Shown here: piece by piece, positions 34,922-46,264 of the stretch
Layout of the letters: each line of letters opens with the position of its first letter
Position numbering within the stretch: the stretch's first letter is position 1
Source: an uncultured Clostridia bacterium
Lineage (GTDB): Bacteria > Bacillota > Clostridia > Christensenellales > UBA1242
Assembly: GCA_937893125.1 (NCBI GenBank)
Contig: CALBHW010000025.1
Location: 1-63,492, forward strand
DNA length: 63,492 nt
Direction: 5' to 3'
Notes under the pieces: model-generated
The model's database searches: none
Seen by the model: only the letters and a program-made list of their open reading frames with translations
Told to the model about the DNA's origin: nothing
Made by a program: the position numbers and the translations under genes

Positions 34922-36058
34922 TCACCATTTATCCAGTATTTCTTTAATCACATCAACGGGCTCAACCCCATCGACACTTTCAATACTACACAAATTTTCG
35001 CTAAAAATCAAGGTTTTATCATAATATATTTTAACTTCGCCCAATTTTTTGTCCTTTTCAATAGGCGCCTTAACTTGTTTTTCATAATCATATTCAACAA
35101 CATATTTGTCAATTTCGCTCTCTTTTGCAACAACACTATATCCTTCTTTATTGTAAAGTCTTAAACTGGACGCCTTGCCATTTTCAACCGCAATGTCGCT
35201 TACAAACTTATAACTTGGCAAAATTTCATACAATTTGTACTCCTTAAACGCTTGTTCCAAAAGTTTTTCGCTATCTTCAAACATAGGTCGGTCATTTAAA
35301 ACAACACAAACAACTTGCATTCCGTCCCGCTCGCACGCAGAAACAAGACATCTTCCCGACTTGCGTGTATAACCCGTTTTAACACCAATACAACCTTCAA
35401 GAGAAGTCAAAAGTTTATTTTTATTTACGAGTGTTCGCGCCGAATTGTGCTCCGTTTGTTTTATCACAAACGACTTTGCGGACACTATTTGTTTGAAAAC
35501 AGGGTTTTTCAAAGCGTAACTTGTGATTAGTGCCAAATCGTGCGCAGTTGTGTAATGCTCCTTATCATCAAGTCCGTGCGGTGTCACAAAATGACTGCTT
35601 GTTGCTCCACATTTTAAAGCGGTTTCATTCATAAGCTCAGCAAAATGTTCAATTGTTCCGCCAATTTCAAGAGCCAAAGTTTCCGCAGAATCGTTGCCCG
35701 ATTGAAGCATTAGTCCGTATAATAGTTGTTTTATAGTTAATTGCTCGCCCGCCTTTAAATAAATAGAACTCCCTTCGACTAAAGTCGCTGATTTTGGAAC
35801 AGTGACAAGTTTATCAAGGTCGTCACAATTTTCAATTACAGTAAGAGCGCTCACAATTTTGGTCGTCGACGCCATAGGCAACTTTTCATTTTCGTTTTTG
35901 CTATAAAGAACACGATTATGCATTGTTTCCATTACAATCATTGATTTAGCAGAGCAAAAATCAACGGACCGTGCAACAGCAGTTTGTCCATGCGCTTTTA
36001 AGCAAAAAATAGTTACAAAAGCCAAAAATATAGCAATAATTTTAGTAAATTTTTTCAT
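34922..36058 (-). CDS. D-alanyl-D-alanine carboxypeptidase (PBP5 family)
   Basis: ASTTK (SxxK), SGND (SxN) and KTGYT (KTG) motifs, with a signal peptide. The ATG at 36058 has an AAGGAG RBS. Confidence 0.88.
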   Translation of the reverse strand: MKKFTKIIAIFLAFVTIFCLKAHGQTAVARSVDFCSAKSMIVMETMHNRVLYSKNENEKLPMASTTKIVSALTVIENCDDLDKLVTVPKSATLVEGSSIYLKAGEQLTIKQLLYGLMLQSGNDSAETLALEIGGTIEHFAELMNETALKCGATSSHFVTPHGLDDKEHYTTAHDLALITSYALKNPVFKQIVSAKSFVIKQTEHNSARTLVNKNKLLTSLEGCIGVKTGYTRKSGRCLVSACERDGMQVVCVVLNDRPMFEDSEKLLEQAFKEYKLYEILPSYKFVSDIAVENGKASSLRLYNKEGYSVVAKESEIDKYVVEYDYEKQVKAPIEKDKKLGEVKIYYDKTLIFSENLCSIESVDGVEPVDVIKEILDKW

Positions 36059-36275
36059 TTTTCTCCTTATTTTGATTATAAATGGGTTCAATTTTTAATA
36101 TTAAGTCTTTTAACAAGTCACAAAATCAAAATTTTAAAAGAATTAACCCCAAAAAATTAAAGTTTAAAGTAATTTTTTTGCATTTTCTACAAAAGCCCAC
36201 TTTTTTTTAAAATCATCTTTAAAACAATAGATTTTACATAAAAAAGTTAAAAGAACTTATCATTAACAAGAAATT

Positions 36276-36632
36276 TTATTTTTTGTTGTTTTGGAAAAAG
36301 TCCGCACACAGGTCAACAACTTTTTCAAAATTGCTTTCTACATTTATTTTTATAAACTGGACATTTTTATCTTTTACAACCAAAAAACCAATTGGTGAAA
36401 TATTACATCCACCCCCGCTACCGCCCGCAAAGGGATAATTTATTTCGTGGCGCTTCTTTTTGTTGTATTCTCCGCCCCCGCTCACAAACCCAAACGAGAC
36501 GCGCGAAATAGGAATAATTAAACATTCCCCTTTCTCGATTGGACTTCCAATAATAGAATTTGCGTCAACTATTCCACGCATATTTTCCAAGGTTTCTTTC
36601 AAAACATTTTCGATTGGTTTTTTAATTTCCAT
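36276..36632 (-). CDS. ytfJ: Sporulation protein YtfJ (GerW family)
   Basis: 118 aa: ...IIPISRVSFGFVSGGGEY...FAGGSGGGCNISPIGFLVV. Confidence 0.85.
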   Translation of the reverse strand: MEIKKPIENVLKETLENMRGIVDANSIIGSPIEKGECLIIPISRVSFGFVSGGGEYNKKKRHEINYPFAGGSGGGCNISPIGFLVVKDKNVQFIKINVESNFEKVVDLCADFFQNNKK

Positions 36633-37182
36633 TTTTTTGACTCCTTTTTGAATATTGACAAATGGTTGTGATAAAACTTCTAATAATGGCGAGTAAATTT
36701 ATTGTAATGCTACTTGTAAAGCAAATTAAAATCGTGTTGTGTCTGTAGTCAGGAAACAATCTTATATCCGAAGGAATTTGACCACGGCTGGAATTTAACA
36801 CCGCATAAAGCGCCCCCATAATAGCCATAGTACTTCCGCAACAAAGGCTGGTTAGTAAGCAGTTTTTAAAAAGTCCAAAACGGCCAATAAAACGCAAGTC
36901 GTTTAATCGTATGTGTTTTATCAAATCTCCAAAAAATATTTCGCTGAAATCTTCCTTTGATTTGTTTTCAAAAAAATATAGATAGGACAATTTTTTCTTC
37001 GTTTGAAGTATCAATTTTGTTGGCGCCAAGCTTATTTTCCCTAAAAAGACTTTAAATCTAAAGAAAAAAGCACTTATATAGCCACTGTTTGACAAAAGAT
37101 TGAAAACAACTTTTGCTTTTAGTTTTATCGGGAACAAAAGTAAAAGCATTAGCGCTAAAAGAACGATAAGAAAAACTATCAT
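36622..37182 (-). CDS. Membrane protein, probably the YtfI/DUF2953 partner of ytfJ
   Basis: 186 aa with an N-terminal TM. It overlaps the ytfJ start by 11 nt, mirroring the Bacillus ytfI-ytfJ order. The assignment rests on context. Confidence 0.5.
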   Translation of the reverse strand: MIVFLIVLLALMLLLLFPIKLKAKVVFNLLSNSGYISAFFFRFKVFLGKISLAPTKLILQTKKKLSYLYFFENKSKEDFSEIFFGDLIKHIRLNDLRFIGRFGLFKNCLLTSLCCGSTMAIMGALYAVLNSSRGQIPSDIRLFPDYRHNTILICFTSSITINLLAIIRSFITTICQYSKRSQKNGN

Positions 37183-37352
37183 ACCTATATTGTTTGTTAA
37201 AAGTTAAAAATTATTTACATTTATAGTAAATTACTTGAAAAATCAAAAAACTTTGGTGCTTTAAAAAATTCATATATTTATTCATTTTGCTTGTCCCTTT
37301 TAAGTTGCCTATTTTCAAATGCAGTCATATAGACATACTTTATAAAGGCGTG

Positions 37353-37925
37353 CTAAATTCTATTTGAATAGTGCTTCATCCCATTAAGAATTTTTGTTGT
37401 ATAACTATTAGTCACATTGTATGGAATTTTCACGAGTGTCACTCCGTCGGCGCTATATTGTTTGTCTTTTAGCCACATTCTAACCGTTGTTTCGCCAGCG
37501 TTATAGGCAGTCAAAACGACTTTTGTGTCAACAAAACGGTCTCGAAGATATTTTAAATAATAGCAACCATATCTAATATTTGTATCAGGCTCAAACAGTT
37601 TTGATGAGTCATAATTTGTTTCGCCCAACTTGTTTGCAATAAAAGCTCCTGTCGACGGCGTAATTTGCATAAGCCCAATTGCACCGACTTTTGAAACGGC
37701 GTTTGGATTAAAACTACTTTCTTCGTTTATTAAACTTGCGACCATTGTCCTATCAAGTGAATAACTATCTGAATACTTCGCAATTTCATCTTGATATTTG
37801 ACAGGGTATCGCACCTTGTAAAAAGCGATAAGTCCGCCAATAATAAAGACAATTGAAAGGAAAAATGCAAAAACATATTTTCCCTTGCCCGTTTGTTTCT
37901 TTTTCTTTTTGATATTCTTTTTCAT
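37353..37925 (-). CDS. Lytic transglycosylase (SLT domain), membrane anchored
   Basis: ESSFNPNAVSKVGAIGLMQITPSTG motif and an N-terminal TM. Confidence 0.85.
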   Translation of the reverse strand: MKKNIKKKKKQTGKGKYVFAFFLSIVFIIGGLIAFYKVRYPVKYQDEIAKYSDSYSLDRTMVASLINEESSFNPNAVSKVGAIGLMQITPSTGAFIANKLGETNYDSSKLFEPDTNIRYGCYYLKYLRDRFVDTKVVLTAYNAGETTVRMWLKDKQYSADGVTLVKIPYNVTNSYTTKILNGMKHYSNRI

Positions 37926-38084
37926 ATTCGTAGTCTATGCAAAATTAAAAAAAATATCATAAAAAACTCATATAAAAAACCTTCTATGAGATACTTCTCA
38001 TAAAAGGTCTTATATTTTTATTTTAAATCTTGAAAATTTCTTAAAACTTAATATTTTAATTTTTGCTCTTTAACTAAAAATAAA

Positions 38085-40658
38085 CTAACATTCAAACCAC
38101 GAAGTCCCCGACTCGACATCAGCGACAAGTGGAACGCTAAGTTTAACAACGTTCTCCATATTTTGTTTTAAAAGCTTCGCGACAGTAGCGACTTCATCTC
38201 TTGTTGCGTCAATAATAAGTTCGTCGTGAACTTGCATAATAAGTTTACTCTTGTAGTTGCCTTCCTTGAGTGCCTTTGCGACATTTATCATAGCAAGTTT
38301 AATAATGTCACTCGCACTGCCTTGAAGGGGAGCATTCATAGCCACCCTTTCGCCGAATTGGCGGGACATATAAGTTGGAGATTTAAGTTCATTTATCTTT
38401 CTGCGCCTTTTAAAAAGCGTTGTCGCATAACCCGTTTCCTTCGCACTTTCAACACTCATATCTAGATAATTTCTTATACTCGAATATTTTGCAAAATATC
38501 TGTCAATATATTCTTTTGCTTGCTTTTTAGTGCAACCAATGCTTTGCCCGAGCCCAAAATCACTGATTCCATAGACTATTCCAAAATTAACAGCTTTCGC
38601 CGTGCGACGCATATTTGAATCCACATCCGCTATTGGAACACCAAAAATCTCACTTGCAGTTAGCGAGTGAATATCAACATTTTCATTAAATGCCCTTATC
38701 AAATTTTCATCTTGACTAAAATGCGCGAGTAAACGGAGTTCAATTTGTGAGTAGTCGGCACTTACGAGCGCCCCGTCGTCAAAGCGAGAGACGAACATTT
38801 TTCTTAAGTTTCGCCCTTCGCCTTCTCTAACTGGAATGTTTTGCAAATTAGGTTCGCTCGACGACAATCTTCCCGTTGTTGTCAGAGTTTGGTTAAAAAC
38901 CGTGTGAATAATGTCGCCGTTTTTTAGCATTTCTTTGTATGGTTCAAGATAGGTCGTCACAATTTTCTTTATTTTGCGATAACGAATAATTAGCGGAACA
39001 ATAGGATGCATGTTTGCCATTTCTTCCAAAATTTCCGCACTTGTAGACCTTTTTTTGTTGTTGTAAGTAACAAGCTGCAAATCGTCAAACAAAAGTTCTG
39101 CGAGTTGTTTTGGCGAGTTCAAATTCACATCTTTTCCCGCAATTTGCTTGATTGATTGTTCCAAATCAACAACTTCTTTTGAATACCTTTCTTCGAGTTC
39201 AAAAAGAACATCTTTATTGATTTTAAAGCCATTTTGCTCCATTTCAAACAAAACATCGGTCAACGGGACTTCAATTTTGTTGTATAAATCCATTAAATCC
39301 GCGCCTTTAAGCTCTTCAATAAGTAAATCCTTATAATAGAACAAATTAACCGCATCATACTCTTCTTCCAACCCATATTTTGAAAGTAAATTTATTTTGT
39401 TTGCTTCTCTTTCACCCGCACAAAGAAGATAATATGCCAAAATGCAGTCAAATTCAACGCCTTTTATTGTCAAACTGAAATCACTCAAAGTGTGATATAA
39501 CCGTTTTTTATCATAGACCAATTTCTTTATATCTTCGTCCACCAAAACATCTTTTAATTTATCCAAAACAACAGCCAAATCAACACTTTCAGCGAGCAAA
39601 TTTGGTTGCGCTTTTACAAAAAACTCACAATTTTTATCATAGGCGAATGAAAATTTTTCATTGGTCAAATCGCACGCGAACATTTTAGCGCGCTTTATAT
39701 GCTCGATTTGTTTGTCTAAGTCTTCAAGAGACTTAATTTCAATGACATTTGCTGTGTACTTTTTAGGCCCTGTTGATACATCAAATTCTTTAAAGATGTC
39801 AGGTCTTTTAAGAAGGCTATTAAATTGGTATTCAACAAAAAAATCATAAACCCCTTTGTCAAAAGGATAATCATAAGTCAAATCTTTCAATTTCACGCTC
39901 ATTTCCACATCGCATTTTATCGTTGAAAGAGTTTTGCTTAGATAGGCGAGTTCGCGCCCGCTTTCCATTTTTTCTTTTAACTTACCTTTAAGCTCATCAA
40001 TATGCTCGTAAATATTGTCCAAACTTCCGTAAGTTTTCATAAGCTCAATTGCCGTTTTTTCGCCCACGCCAGGCACTCCTGGGATATTATCAGACGAGTC
40101 GCCCATTAGTGCTTTTAAATCAATAAATTGCTCGACTTCAATTGAATATTCTTCTCTGAAGGTTTCTCTATTCATAACCTTTACTTCGGATATTCCCTTT
40201 TTGGTTAACCAAACTTGCGTATGGTCGTCAATAAGTTGAAGTGAATCTCTATCTCCCGTTATAATAATGTTTTCGGTCAAAAATTTCTTCGAAAGCGTGC
40301 CAATTAAGTCGTCTGCTTCAAAATCTTTTTTCTCGACGACTTTAATATTCATTTCTTTTAGCATTCTTTTTAAAACGGGAAATTGGCTCAAAAGTTCAGG
40401 CGGAGTTGGACGACGTTTGCCTTTGTATCCGCTAAAAAGCTCATTTCTAAATGTTTTTTTGCCGTAGTCCATTGCAACGACAATATACTCTGGTTTCAAG
40501 TCATAAATCGCTTTCATAAGCGTGTTTGCAAACCCAAAAACCGCGTTTGAATACTCACCATTTGCGTTCGTTAAAAGGGGCAACGCGTAAAATGCCCTAT
40601 TAAGCAAACTATTTCCGTCAATGATAACCAATTTTTCTGCACTCTTAACTTTTGCCAT
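38085..40658 (-). CDS. polA: DNA polymerase I
   Basis: 857 aa with a 5'-nuclease domain and polymerase motifs DYSQIELR and QVHDELI. Confidence 0.95.
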   Translation of the reverse strand: MAKVKSAEKLVIIDGNSLLNRAFYALPLLTNANGEYSNAVFGFANTLMKAIYDLKPEYIVVAMDYGKKTFRNELFSGYKGKRRPTPPELLSQFPVLKRMLKEMNIKVVEKKDFEADDLIGTLSKKFLTENIIITGDRDSLQLIDDHTQVWLTKKGISEVKVMNRETFREEYSIEVEQFIDLKALMGDSSDNIPGVPGVGEKTAIELMKTYGSLDNIYEHIDELKGKLKEKMESGRELAYLSKTLSTIKCDVEMSVKLKDLTYDYPFDKGVYDFFVEYQFNSLLKRPDIFKEFDVSTGPKKYTANVIEIKSLEDLDKQIEHIKRAKMFACDLTNEKFSFAYDKNCEFFVKAQPNLLAESVDLAVVLDKLKDVLVDEDIKKLVYDKKRLYHTLSDFSLTIKGVEFDCILAYYLLCAGEREANKINLLSKYGLEEEYDAVNLFYYKDLLIEELKGADLMDLYNKIEVPLTDVLFEMEQNGFKINKDVLFELEERYSKEVVDLEQSIKQIAGKDVNLNSPKQLAELLFDDLQLVTYNNKKRSTSAEILEEMANMHPIVPLIIRYRKIKKIVTTYLEPYKEMLKNGDIIHTVFNQTLTTTGRLSSSEPNLQNIPVREGEGRNLRKMFVSRFDDGALVSADYSQIELRLLAHFSQDENLIRAFNENVDIHSLTASEIFGVPIADVDSNMRRTAKAVNFGIVYGISDFGLGQSIGCTKKQAKEYIDRYFAKYSSIRNYLDMSVESAKETGYATTLFKRRRKINELKSPTYMSRQFGERVAMNAPLQGSASDIIKLAMINVAKALKEGNYKSKLIMQVHDELIIDATRDEVATVAKLLKQNMENVVKLSVPLVADVESGTSWFEC

Positions 40659-40737
40659 AAATAATCCCTTATTAAAATAATTTGTGTTCTTTCATAAAAG
40701 TATGAAATTTTTTATCTAAATTTAAACAAAAACTTGC

Positions 40738-41352
40738 CTAATTTTTTGGCGCTGTCTCGTCAAGATAAGTTGCTTCCATATCACATGAATGCAAAATACA
40801 AGCGGTTGGGTAAAGATAAAAAGCACTCGACAAATCATAACTTCCGCCTAAAACTCTTTTATCAAAACCGCCCATATGCCAATTTATTGCAATTGCTTCT
40901 TCTCTTGACAACTTCATAAACCCAGAAATCATATAGACAGACTTCTCGCCGTGGCCGTATGGAAGGTGATCGTCTGCATAAGCAAAATATGGGACTTTCG
41001 TCCATTCGCCGTCAACCTTAACATTACGAAAATCAAGTTTGTAGCAATTGACTTTACAAACATCGTGAAGAAGAGCAATAAGCGTAATGCTTTCTTCGCT
41101 TAAAGGTGACGAACCTTCATATTCATCGTTTAATTTTTTTCTAAATCTTTCATAAACATTAAGCGAGTGAAAGCACAACCCGCCAGGAACAGCGGAATGG
41201 AACCTAGAACTTGCTGGCGCTTCAAAAAAATCAGAAGCCATTAAAAAGTCCAAAAACTCCTTTGCCCCGTCCCTTTTAATGTTGTTTTTGTAAATTTCAA
41301 TAAATTTATTCTTATTTTCTTCCATATTGATTACAATTTCTTTATCTTTCAT
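40738..41352 (-). CDS. HD-domain phosphohydrolase
   Basis: 204 aa with H...HD (FHSLNVY...LLHDVCK) and downstream H/D residues. Confidence 0.65.
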   Translation of the reverse strand: MKDKEIVINMEENKNKFIEIYKNNIKRDGAKEFLDFLMASDFFEAPASSRFHSAVPGGLCFHSLNVYERFRKKLNDEYEGSSPLSEESITLIALLHDVCKVNCYKLDFRNVKVDGEWTKVPYFAYADDHLPYGHGEKSVYMISGFMKLSREEAIAINWHMGGFDKRVLGGSYDLSSAFYLYPTACILHSCDMEATYLDETAPKN

Positions 41353-41555
41353 CTTTTCTCCTAATACAAAAATTTTGCAATGTTTTTAGTGACTGACAGT
41401 GGAAACTCCACTTTTTTATTACAACAAAATCCTATAGCTAAATTTTAACATAAAGTCGCGATTATGTCTAAACATTTTTAGTGTTTACTTCGCAATTTTG
41501 AATAGAAAAGCTATTTAGGCAATAAAAAAAGAGTTGCCTAACAACCCTTTTTAAA

Positions 41556-41951
41556 TTATTCCGCTTTCTTAGTAGCAGTTTTTCTTGCTCTTGGCTTTTT
41601 AACAGATTCTTCCGTCTTTTCGACCTTAACTTCGGCAACTTCTTCCACCTTTTCAGCAACTTCTTTCTTTTCTTCTGTTGCAGGTGCAGATGCCTTAGCC
41701 TTGTTGAGCATAACTGTCAAACGAGATATCTTTCTGCTAGCAGTGTTTGGATGAATAACTCCCTTGCTCTTTGCACTATCAATGTAAGAGATAAGATCTT
41801 TCAACATAGATTCTGCTTCGTTGACATCGTTCAAGCAAGCAAGTCTATATTTTTTAACCATAGTAGCCATGGTTGATTTTACAAATCTATTTTCTTCTCT
41901 TCTTCTTGCAATAACAGATACTCTTTTCTTTGCTGATTTGATATTTGGCAT
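41556..41951 (-). CDS. rpsT: 30S ribosomal protein S20 with a Lys/Glu-rich C-terminal extension
   Basis: MPNIKSAKKRVSVIARRREENR... The ATG at 41951 has an AAGGAG RBS. About 45 extra C-terminal residues (EEKKEVAEKVEEVAEVKVEK...). Confidence 0.88.
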   Translation of the reverse strand: MPNIKSAKKRVSVIARRREENRFVKSTMATMVKKYRLACLNDVNEAESMLKDLISYIDSAKSKGVIHPNTASRKISRLTVMLNKAKASAPATEEKKEVAEKVEEVAEVKVEKTEESVKKPRARKTATKKAE

Positions 41952-42109
41952 TGCTAACTCCTTTTTATACCTAACAAGTCTAACATAAGTAATTTTTTTT
42001 TGCAACACTTTTTTCAAACTTTTTGTACAATTGTTGCTAAAAATTTAAAATCAATATTTAAAAATCCTTACGCTCCAACTTCCGCCACCTTTTAAAAAAG
42101 GTTATTGTT

Positions 42110-43081
42110 CTACTTTAAAATAGAAAAAAGCAAGTACATAACCGCCGTTTTCCCTTCCATTTTCCCCGACTTTATGTTTAAATCACATTCCACACACAAG
42201 TCATAAATGCGCTTTAATTCTTTTTGCGTAAAATATTTTAGCTGTGCGCGATATTTAGAAATCGCATATTCTTTTACATTTAAAAGTTTCGCTAACTCTT
42301 GCGAGCTTGATGAACTCCTTGCAATAAAGAATAGCCTCCTAAAATGGTTTGTTATAATTGAAACAATCGTAACAGGTTGCTCCTTATTTTTTATCATATC
42401 ATCCACAAGAAGAATCGCGCGTTCCCTGTCTTTATTGCAAATCGCATTTGTTAAATCAAAAATAACATACTCCAAATCTTTTGCAATGTAGTTTTCAATA
42501 TCTTCGCGCGTTAACTCTTTGCCGTCACCTTTGATGAAATAAAGTTTATCTACTTGCGTGTCTAGTTTTGTAATCGAGTTGTTGCAATAATCACAAATCA
42601 TTTGTTTTACATCATTTGTGGCAGATAAGTTATAATTTTTAAGTTTCTCTGATAAAAAATTTAAAAGATAGCCCGCACTAACGGATTTACAGTCTATATT
42701 TTCAACCTTGTCTTGAAAAGACGAAAAAAAGTCACTTTGTGCAGTCGAGAAAAAAACAATACAAGTAGTCATACAAGGGCGCTCTAAATATTTTAAAATT
42801 ATCTTTTTCTCTGCTTCATTTTTTTTGCCAACAAAATCACTCACCACAATAAGACGCTTTGAATCCATAAGTGGCAAAGCTTCGCAACTTTCGACAATAT
42901 TCGACATTCCGCGAGTGTAGTCGTCACCTATTTTCATAACATTAAAGTCTTTAAGCGAAATATTAAGTGCATCTTCAATCATTTTAAGCGCCGAAACAGT
43001 CAAATAACTTTCCCCGCCATTTATCATATATGCTGGGAGTATGCTCGCTCTCAAACTATTTTGCAATTCTTCGTATCTCAT
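42110..43081 (-). CDS. holA: DNA polymerase III delta subunit
   Basis: About 323 aa. It lies in the conserved comEC-holA / rpsT neighbourhood. The ATG at 43081 has an AAGGAGAAGG RBS. Confidence 0.8.
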   Translation of the reverse strand: MRYEELQNSLRASILPAYMINGGESYLTVSALKMIEDALNISLKDFNVMKIGDDYTRGMSNIVESCEALPLMDSKRLIVVSDFVGKKNEAEKKIILKYLERPCMTTCIVFFSTAQSDFFSSFQDKVENIDCKSVSAGYLLNFLSEKLKNYNLSATNDVKQMICDYCNNSITKLDTQVDKLYFIKGDGKELTREDIENYIAKDLEYVIFDLTNAICNKDRERAILLVDDMIKNKEQPVTIVSIITNHFRRLFFIARSSSSSQELAKLLNVKEYAISKYRAQLKYFTQKELKRIYDLCVECDLNIKSGKMEGKTAVMYLLFSILK

Positions 43082-43259
43082 ACCTTCTCCTTGTTTTGTC
43101 TCCATTATGTTTATTTATATAATTTCAATTTTTAGCGTAACTCTCTATGTCAATAGACATTTAACCACGATTCGACATCTCACTTAACTAAAAATTAACA
43201 TTTCTCTTAGTTGTACCAAATTTCCCCAAAAAATAAAATAATTCTACTTAACAAAAATA

Positions 43260-45413
43260 TCAATTCATCGCTAGGCTAATTTTTCCCACACTATCGTCAA
43301 ATACTAAACCATTTAGACTATTTATACGCTCACTCCAGTAACTTTCTTTTTCGAGTTTTTGATTATATATCCTTGCAATTTCAAATTGACCACTTAATTT
43401 TTCATTTAAGAAGGTATCAAAAGCGCGTCCACCCACGACGGAGCCATCAATGAACCCATATTTTTGTTTTGATTCTTGTAAAATCATTACTTTTGGCTCA
43501 TTTTCATAATAATAGTATTTTATGGTCAAATTATTGTCAATACACAACCTTTCATTGTCTTTTGCAAAAATGTAGTTAATTCCCGACCCTTCAAAAGAAA
43601 TTTCACCCTGATAGTAACTCGGCAAAACAAAGGTCGGCGAAAAAGGCGCGAAATAATCCACGAGTTGTTCAGTTCCTAACTCTCCTGAAGGTTCGAGTAC
43701 AATAATATATTTTATCTTATCAATTCTATATGAAATTAGGCTTTCATAGAGAGCGCTTGGTCTACTTAGGTCGGGATTTATAAGATAAAATTGGGACTTG
43801 TTGACCATTGCTAGCGCACCAATGCTTGTTTCAGGCAAAAACTCAATTTTATTTTCATCTACCCTTCTTGGATAGTAAAGAACAAGCAATCCCAAAATCA
43901 CAAAAGACGCCAAAAGATAAGATGTAATTTGTTTTGCTGGTGCTTTTAAAACAACATACTTACTCACAACAAACATATTCAAATAATAAACATATGTTAA
44001 TATGTCCCCAAGAACTGGCAAAGGTATAAACCTAAAAGGCAGTTCGTTTGATGCTTTATTTAAAAAGACAATTACATACAAAATAGCCTTTGGAATATAA
44101 TACAAAAAACTTAAAACTGGCAAAAGAAGCGTGAAAATATTTGTAATAAAAAGGATGATGTAAAACACTGTAAAAAGTGGAATTATGACCATATTTACAA
44201 AAATTGTCCAAGGTGAAATAGAGCCAAAATAATTCATAAAAATTGGAAAAAGCCCTAATTGCGCTGAAATAGATGTCACAAATGAAGATTTAATTTTCGT
44301 CCCAATTTGAGTCTTTGGTTTTATAAAATTAAACATATTTGAAAACATCAAAATGCCAAAAACAGCGAAGAATGTCATTTGGAAGCCAACATCAAGAGCA
44401 TAAATTGGGCTTATAAGCAAAATTATACACCCAGACAAGCTTATCGCGTTTAAGACGTCATATTTTTTTAGATAAAGTTTGCATAAAAGTGAAACAGTTG
44501 TCATTATGCTTGCTCTGACAACTGGCGAATTAAAGCTACACAGCGCGCAATAGAAAAACAAAAACGAAACGGTTATAATTAAACCAACCTTTTTGTTTAC
44601 TCTTAATTTTTCAAGCACAAAATTGATAACTAGCGCCAAAATGCTAATGTGTAAGCCCGACACGGCAAAAATGTGTGCAACGCCCGATTCTCTAAACTGC
44701 TGGATAATTTCTTGCTCAATGTGATTTTGGTCAGCATAAAGAGTGGTCAATGCAAGATTTCCCATTCTTTCGCCAAAACGCGATATGAGAAGTTGTCTAT
44801 TGTATTCCCTAAACCGCTCCACTAAATTGGGCGAAGCGCCAAGACTTACGATGTCTGATGGTGCTACGGTCACTCTATATTTAATATTTCTTGCAACGGA
44901 ATAACTATTTAAACTTCCGTCTTCTTTTAATGCGCTGATTCCCGAAATTCTACTCGCAGTAAAGGTTATAATGTCATATAGTCCAAAGTCTAAATTCTCG
45001 TTTTCACCTTTAAGCGTTATTGAAATTTTGCCCCTTAGTTCGGTTACTTTTCCACTTTCTTCGGTAATTTTTGCGTCAGTTAAAGTAATATAGGCGCTTT
45101 CTGTTGTTATCTTCTTTAACGCCTCAATCTTCCCAACTACGACCATATTATCTAGCGTGCTAAAAGTGTCGTCTTGATAGTTTTTGATAAAGACAAATGA
45201 ATAGGTCGAGAGAAATATAAAAAAACAAGTTGCAATAGCAAAAAATTTGTATTTTTCCCTAAAAAACAAAAGATATAAAAAGGCAATTGGTACAAGAAGC
45301 ATAAAAGAGTAATATAGGCTTCTATTCATCAAATATCCCATATGGACACAGAATAAGCCTAAGATAAATATGTAAAAAACCGTACGCAAATTTACAATCT
45401 TTTTAATTTTCAT
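43260..45413 (-). CDS. comEC: ComEC/Rec2-family DNA internalization channel protein
   Basis: 717-aa polytopic membrane protein with a competence-domain pattern (HIFAVSGLHISIL), upstream of holA. Confidence 0.85.
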   Translation of the reverse strand: MKIKKIVNLRTVFYIFILGLFCVHMGYLMNRSLYYSFMLLVPIAFLYLLFFREKYKFFAIATCFFIFLSTYSFVFIKNYQDDTFSTLDNMVVVGKIEALKKITTESAYITLTDAKITEESGKVTELRGKISITLKGENENLDFGLYDIITFTASRISGISALKEDGSLNSYSVARNIKYRVTVAPSDIVSLGASPNLVERFREYNRQLLISRFGERMGNLALTTLYADQNHIEQEIIQQFRESGVAHIFAVSGLHISILALVINFVLEKLRVNKKVGLIITVSFLFFYCALCSFNSPVVRASIMTTVSLLCKLYLKKYDVLNAISLSGCIILLISPIYALDVGFQMTFFAVFGILMFSNMFNFIKPKTQIGTKIKSSFVTSISAQLGLFPIFMNYFGSISPWTIFVNMVIIPLFTVFYIILFITNIFTLLLPVLSFLYYIPKAILYVIVFLNKASNELPFRFIPLPVLGDILTYVYYLNMFVVSKYVVLKAPAKQITSYLLASFVILGLLVLYYPRRVDENKIEFLPETSIGALAMVNKSQFYLINPDLSRPSALYESLISYRIDKIKYIIVLEPSGELGTEQLVDYFAPFSPTFVLPSYYQGEISFEGSGINYIFAKDNERLCIDNNLTIKYYYYENEPKVMILQESKQKYGFIDGSVVGGRAFDTFLNEKLSGQFEIARIYNQKLEKESYWSERINSLNGLVFDDSVGKISLAMN

Positions 45414-45756
45414 CTTTTACTCTTTAAACTAACTTCAATCGCGTTTAAGGAATCCTAAACCAAAATAATTTTACATCATTTTACAAAAAGTGTCAAAATA
45501 TTATTTTTAAACTCCATTTAAAAAATTTTGATTTATACCTTTAATTTAAATATAATGTTGGAGTTTCGCATATAATATTGCCCCTTACTCAATGATATTA
45601 TTCATTTCAAATGAAATGATATTTTCACCAATAATTTTGCGATAGCAAAATATCATTGTGCTATCAAAATAAAAGACAAAATAAATTTCATTCCAGTTAG
45701 AAAATGTCATTAAAAAATAAAAAGCCAAATTGGCTTTTTGTTTACTTGGTACCACC

Positions 45757-45831
45757 AATGGGATTCGAACCCATATTACCGGCGTGAGAGGCCAGCGTAC
45801 TAACCCTTATACTATGATGGCTCATTTTTTA
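45757..45831 (-). tRNA. tRNA-Glu (anticodon CUC), tentative
   Basis: Hand-folded, 75 nt: acceptor GCCATCA/TGGTGGT (includes G.U pairs), anticodon stem CTGGC/GCCGG, loop CUCUCAC, T-arm ATGGG-TTCGAAT-CCCAT, encoded CCA. Followed by the terminator AAAAAGCCAATTTGGCTTTTT. Confidence 0.7.
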
Positions 45832-46264
45832 ACATTTTTATTCTATCAAATAATTTTCAAAAAATCAATAGATTTAAGAAAGTTTTTTTCGCCAATTTAT
45901 TTAGAAAGAATGCATTTGTTTTGCTGGCAATTTAAGACGACTTATAGGAGATTTAAATTTAAAATTAAATTTTAACCCTTTTTAGACATAAATTTTTAAA
46001 TAATTGAAAAGAAAATAAAACTGGACGTGCATATTTATTATTTTTAAAAAATACATTTTAGTAAATTGATTTTTGATTATAAAATTTGTTACTTTTTTTA
46101 TAAAAATTAAAATTGGCACAAAAATTCGACTATTTTTACCCTAAAATTGCGCCAATTCAAAAAAAAATATACAAAATTTTAAAAATTTTCATAAAAAATG
46201 TTTGGCTAATTTAAAATTTTAGTTTATAATCAAGGTGAATATTTATAAAAGAAAAGGTATAAAA

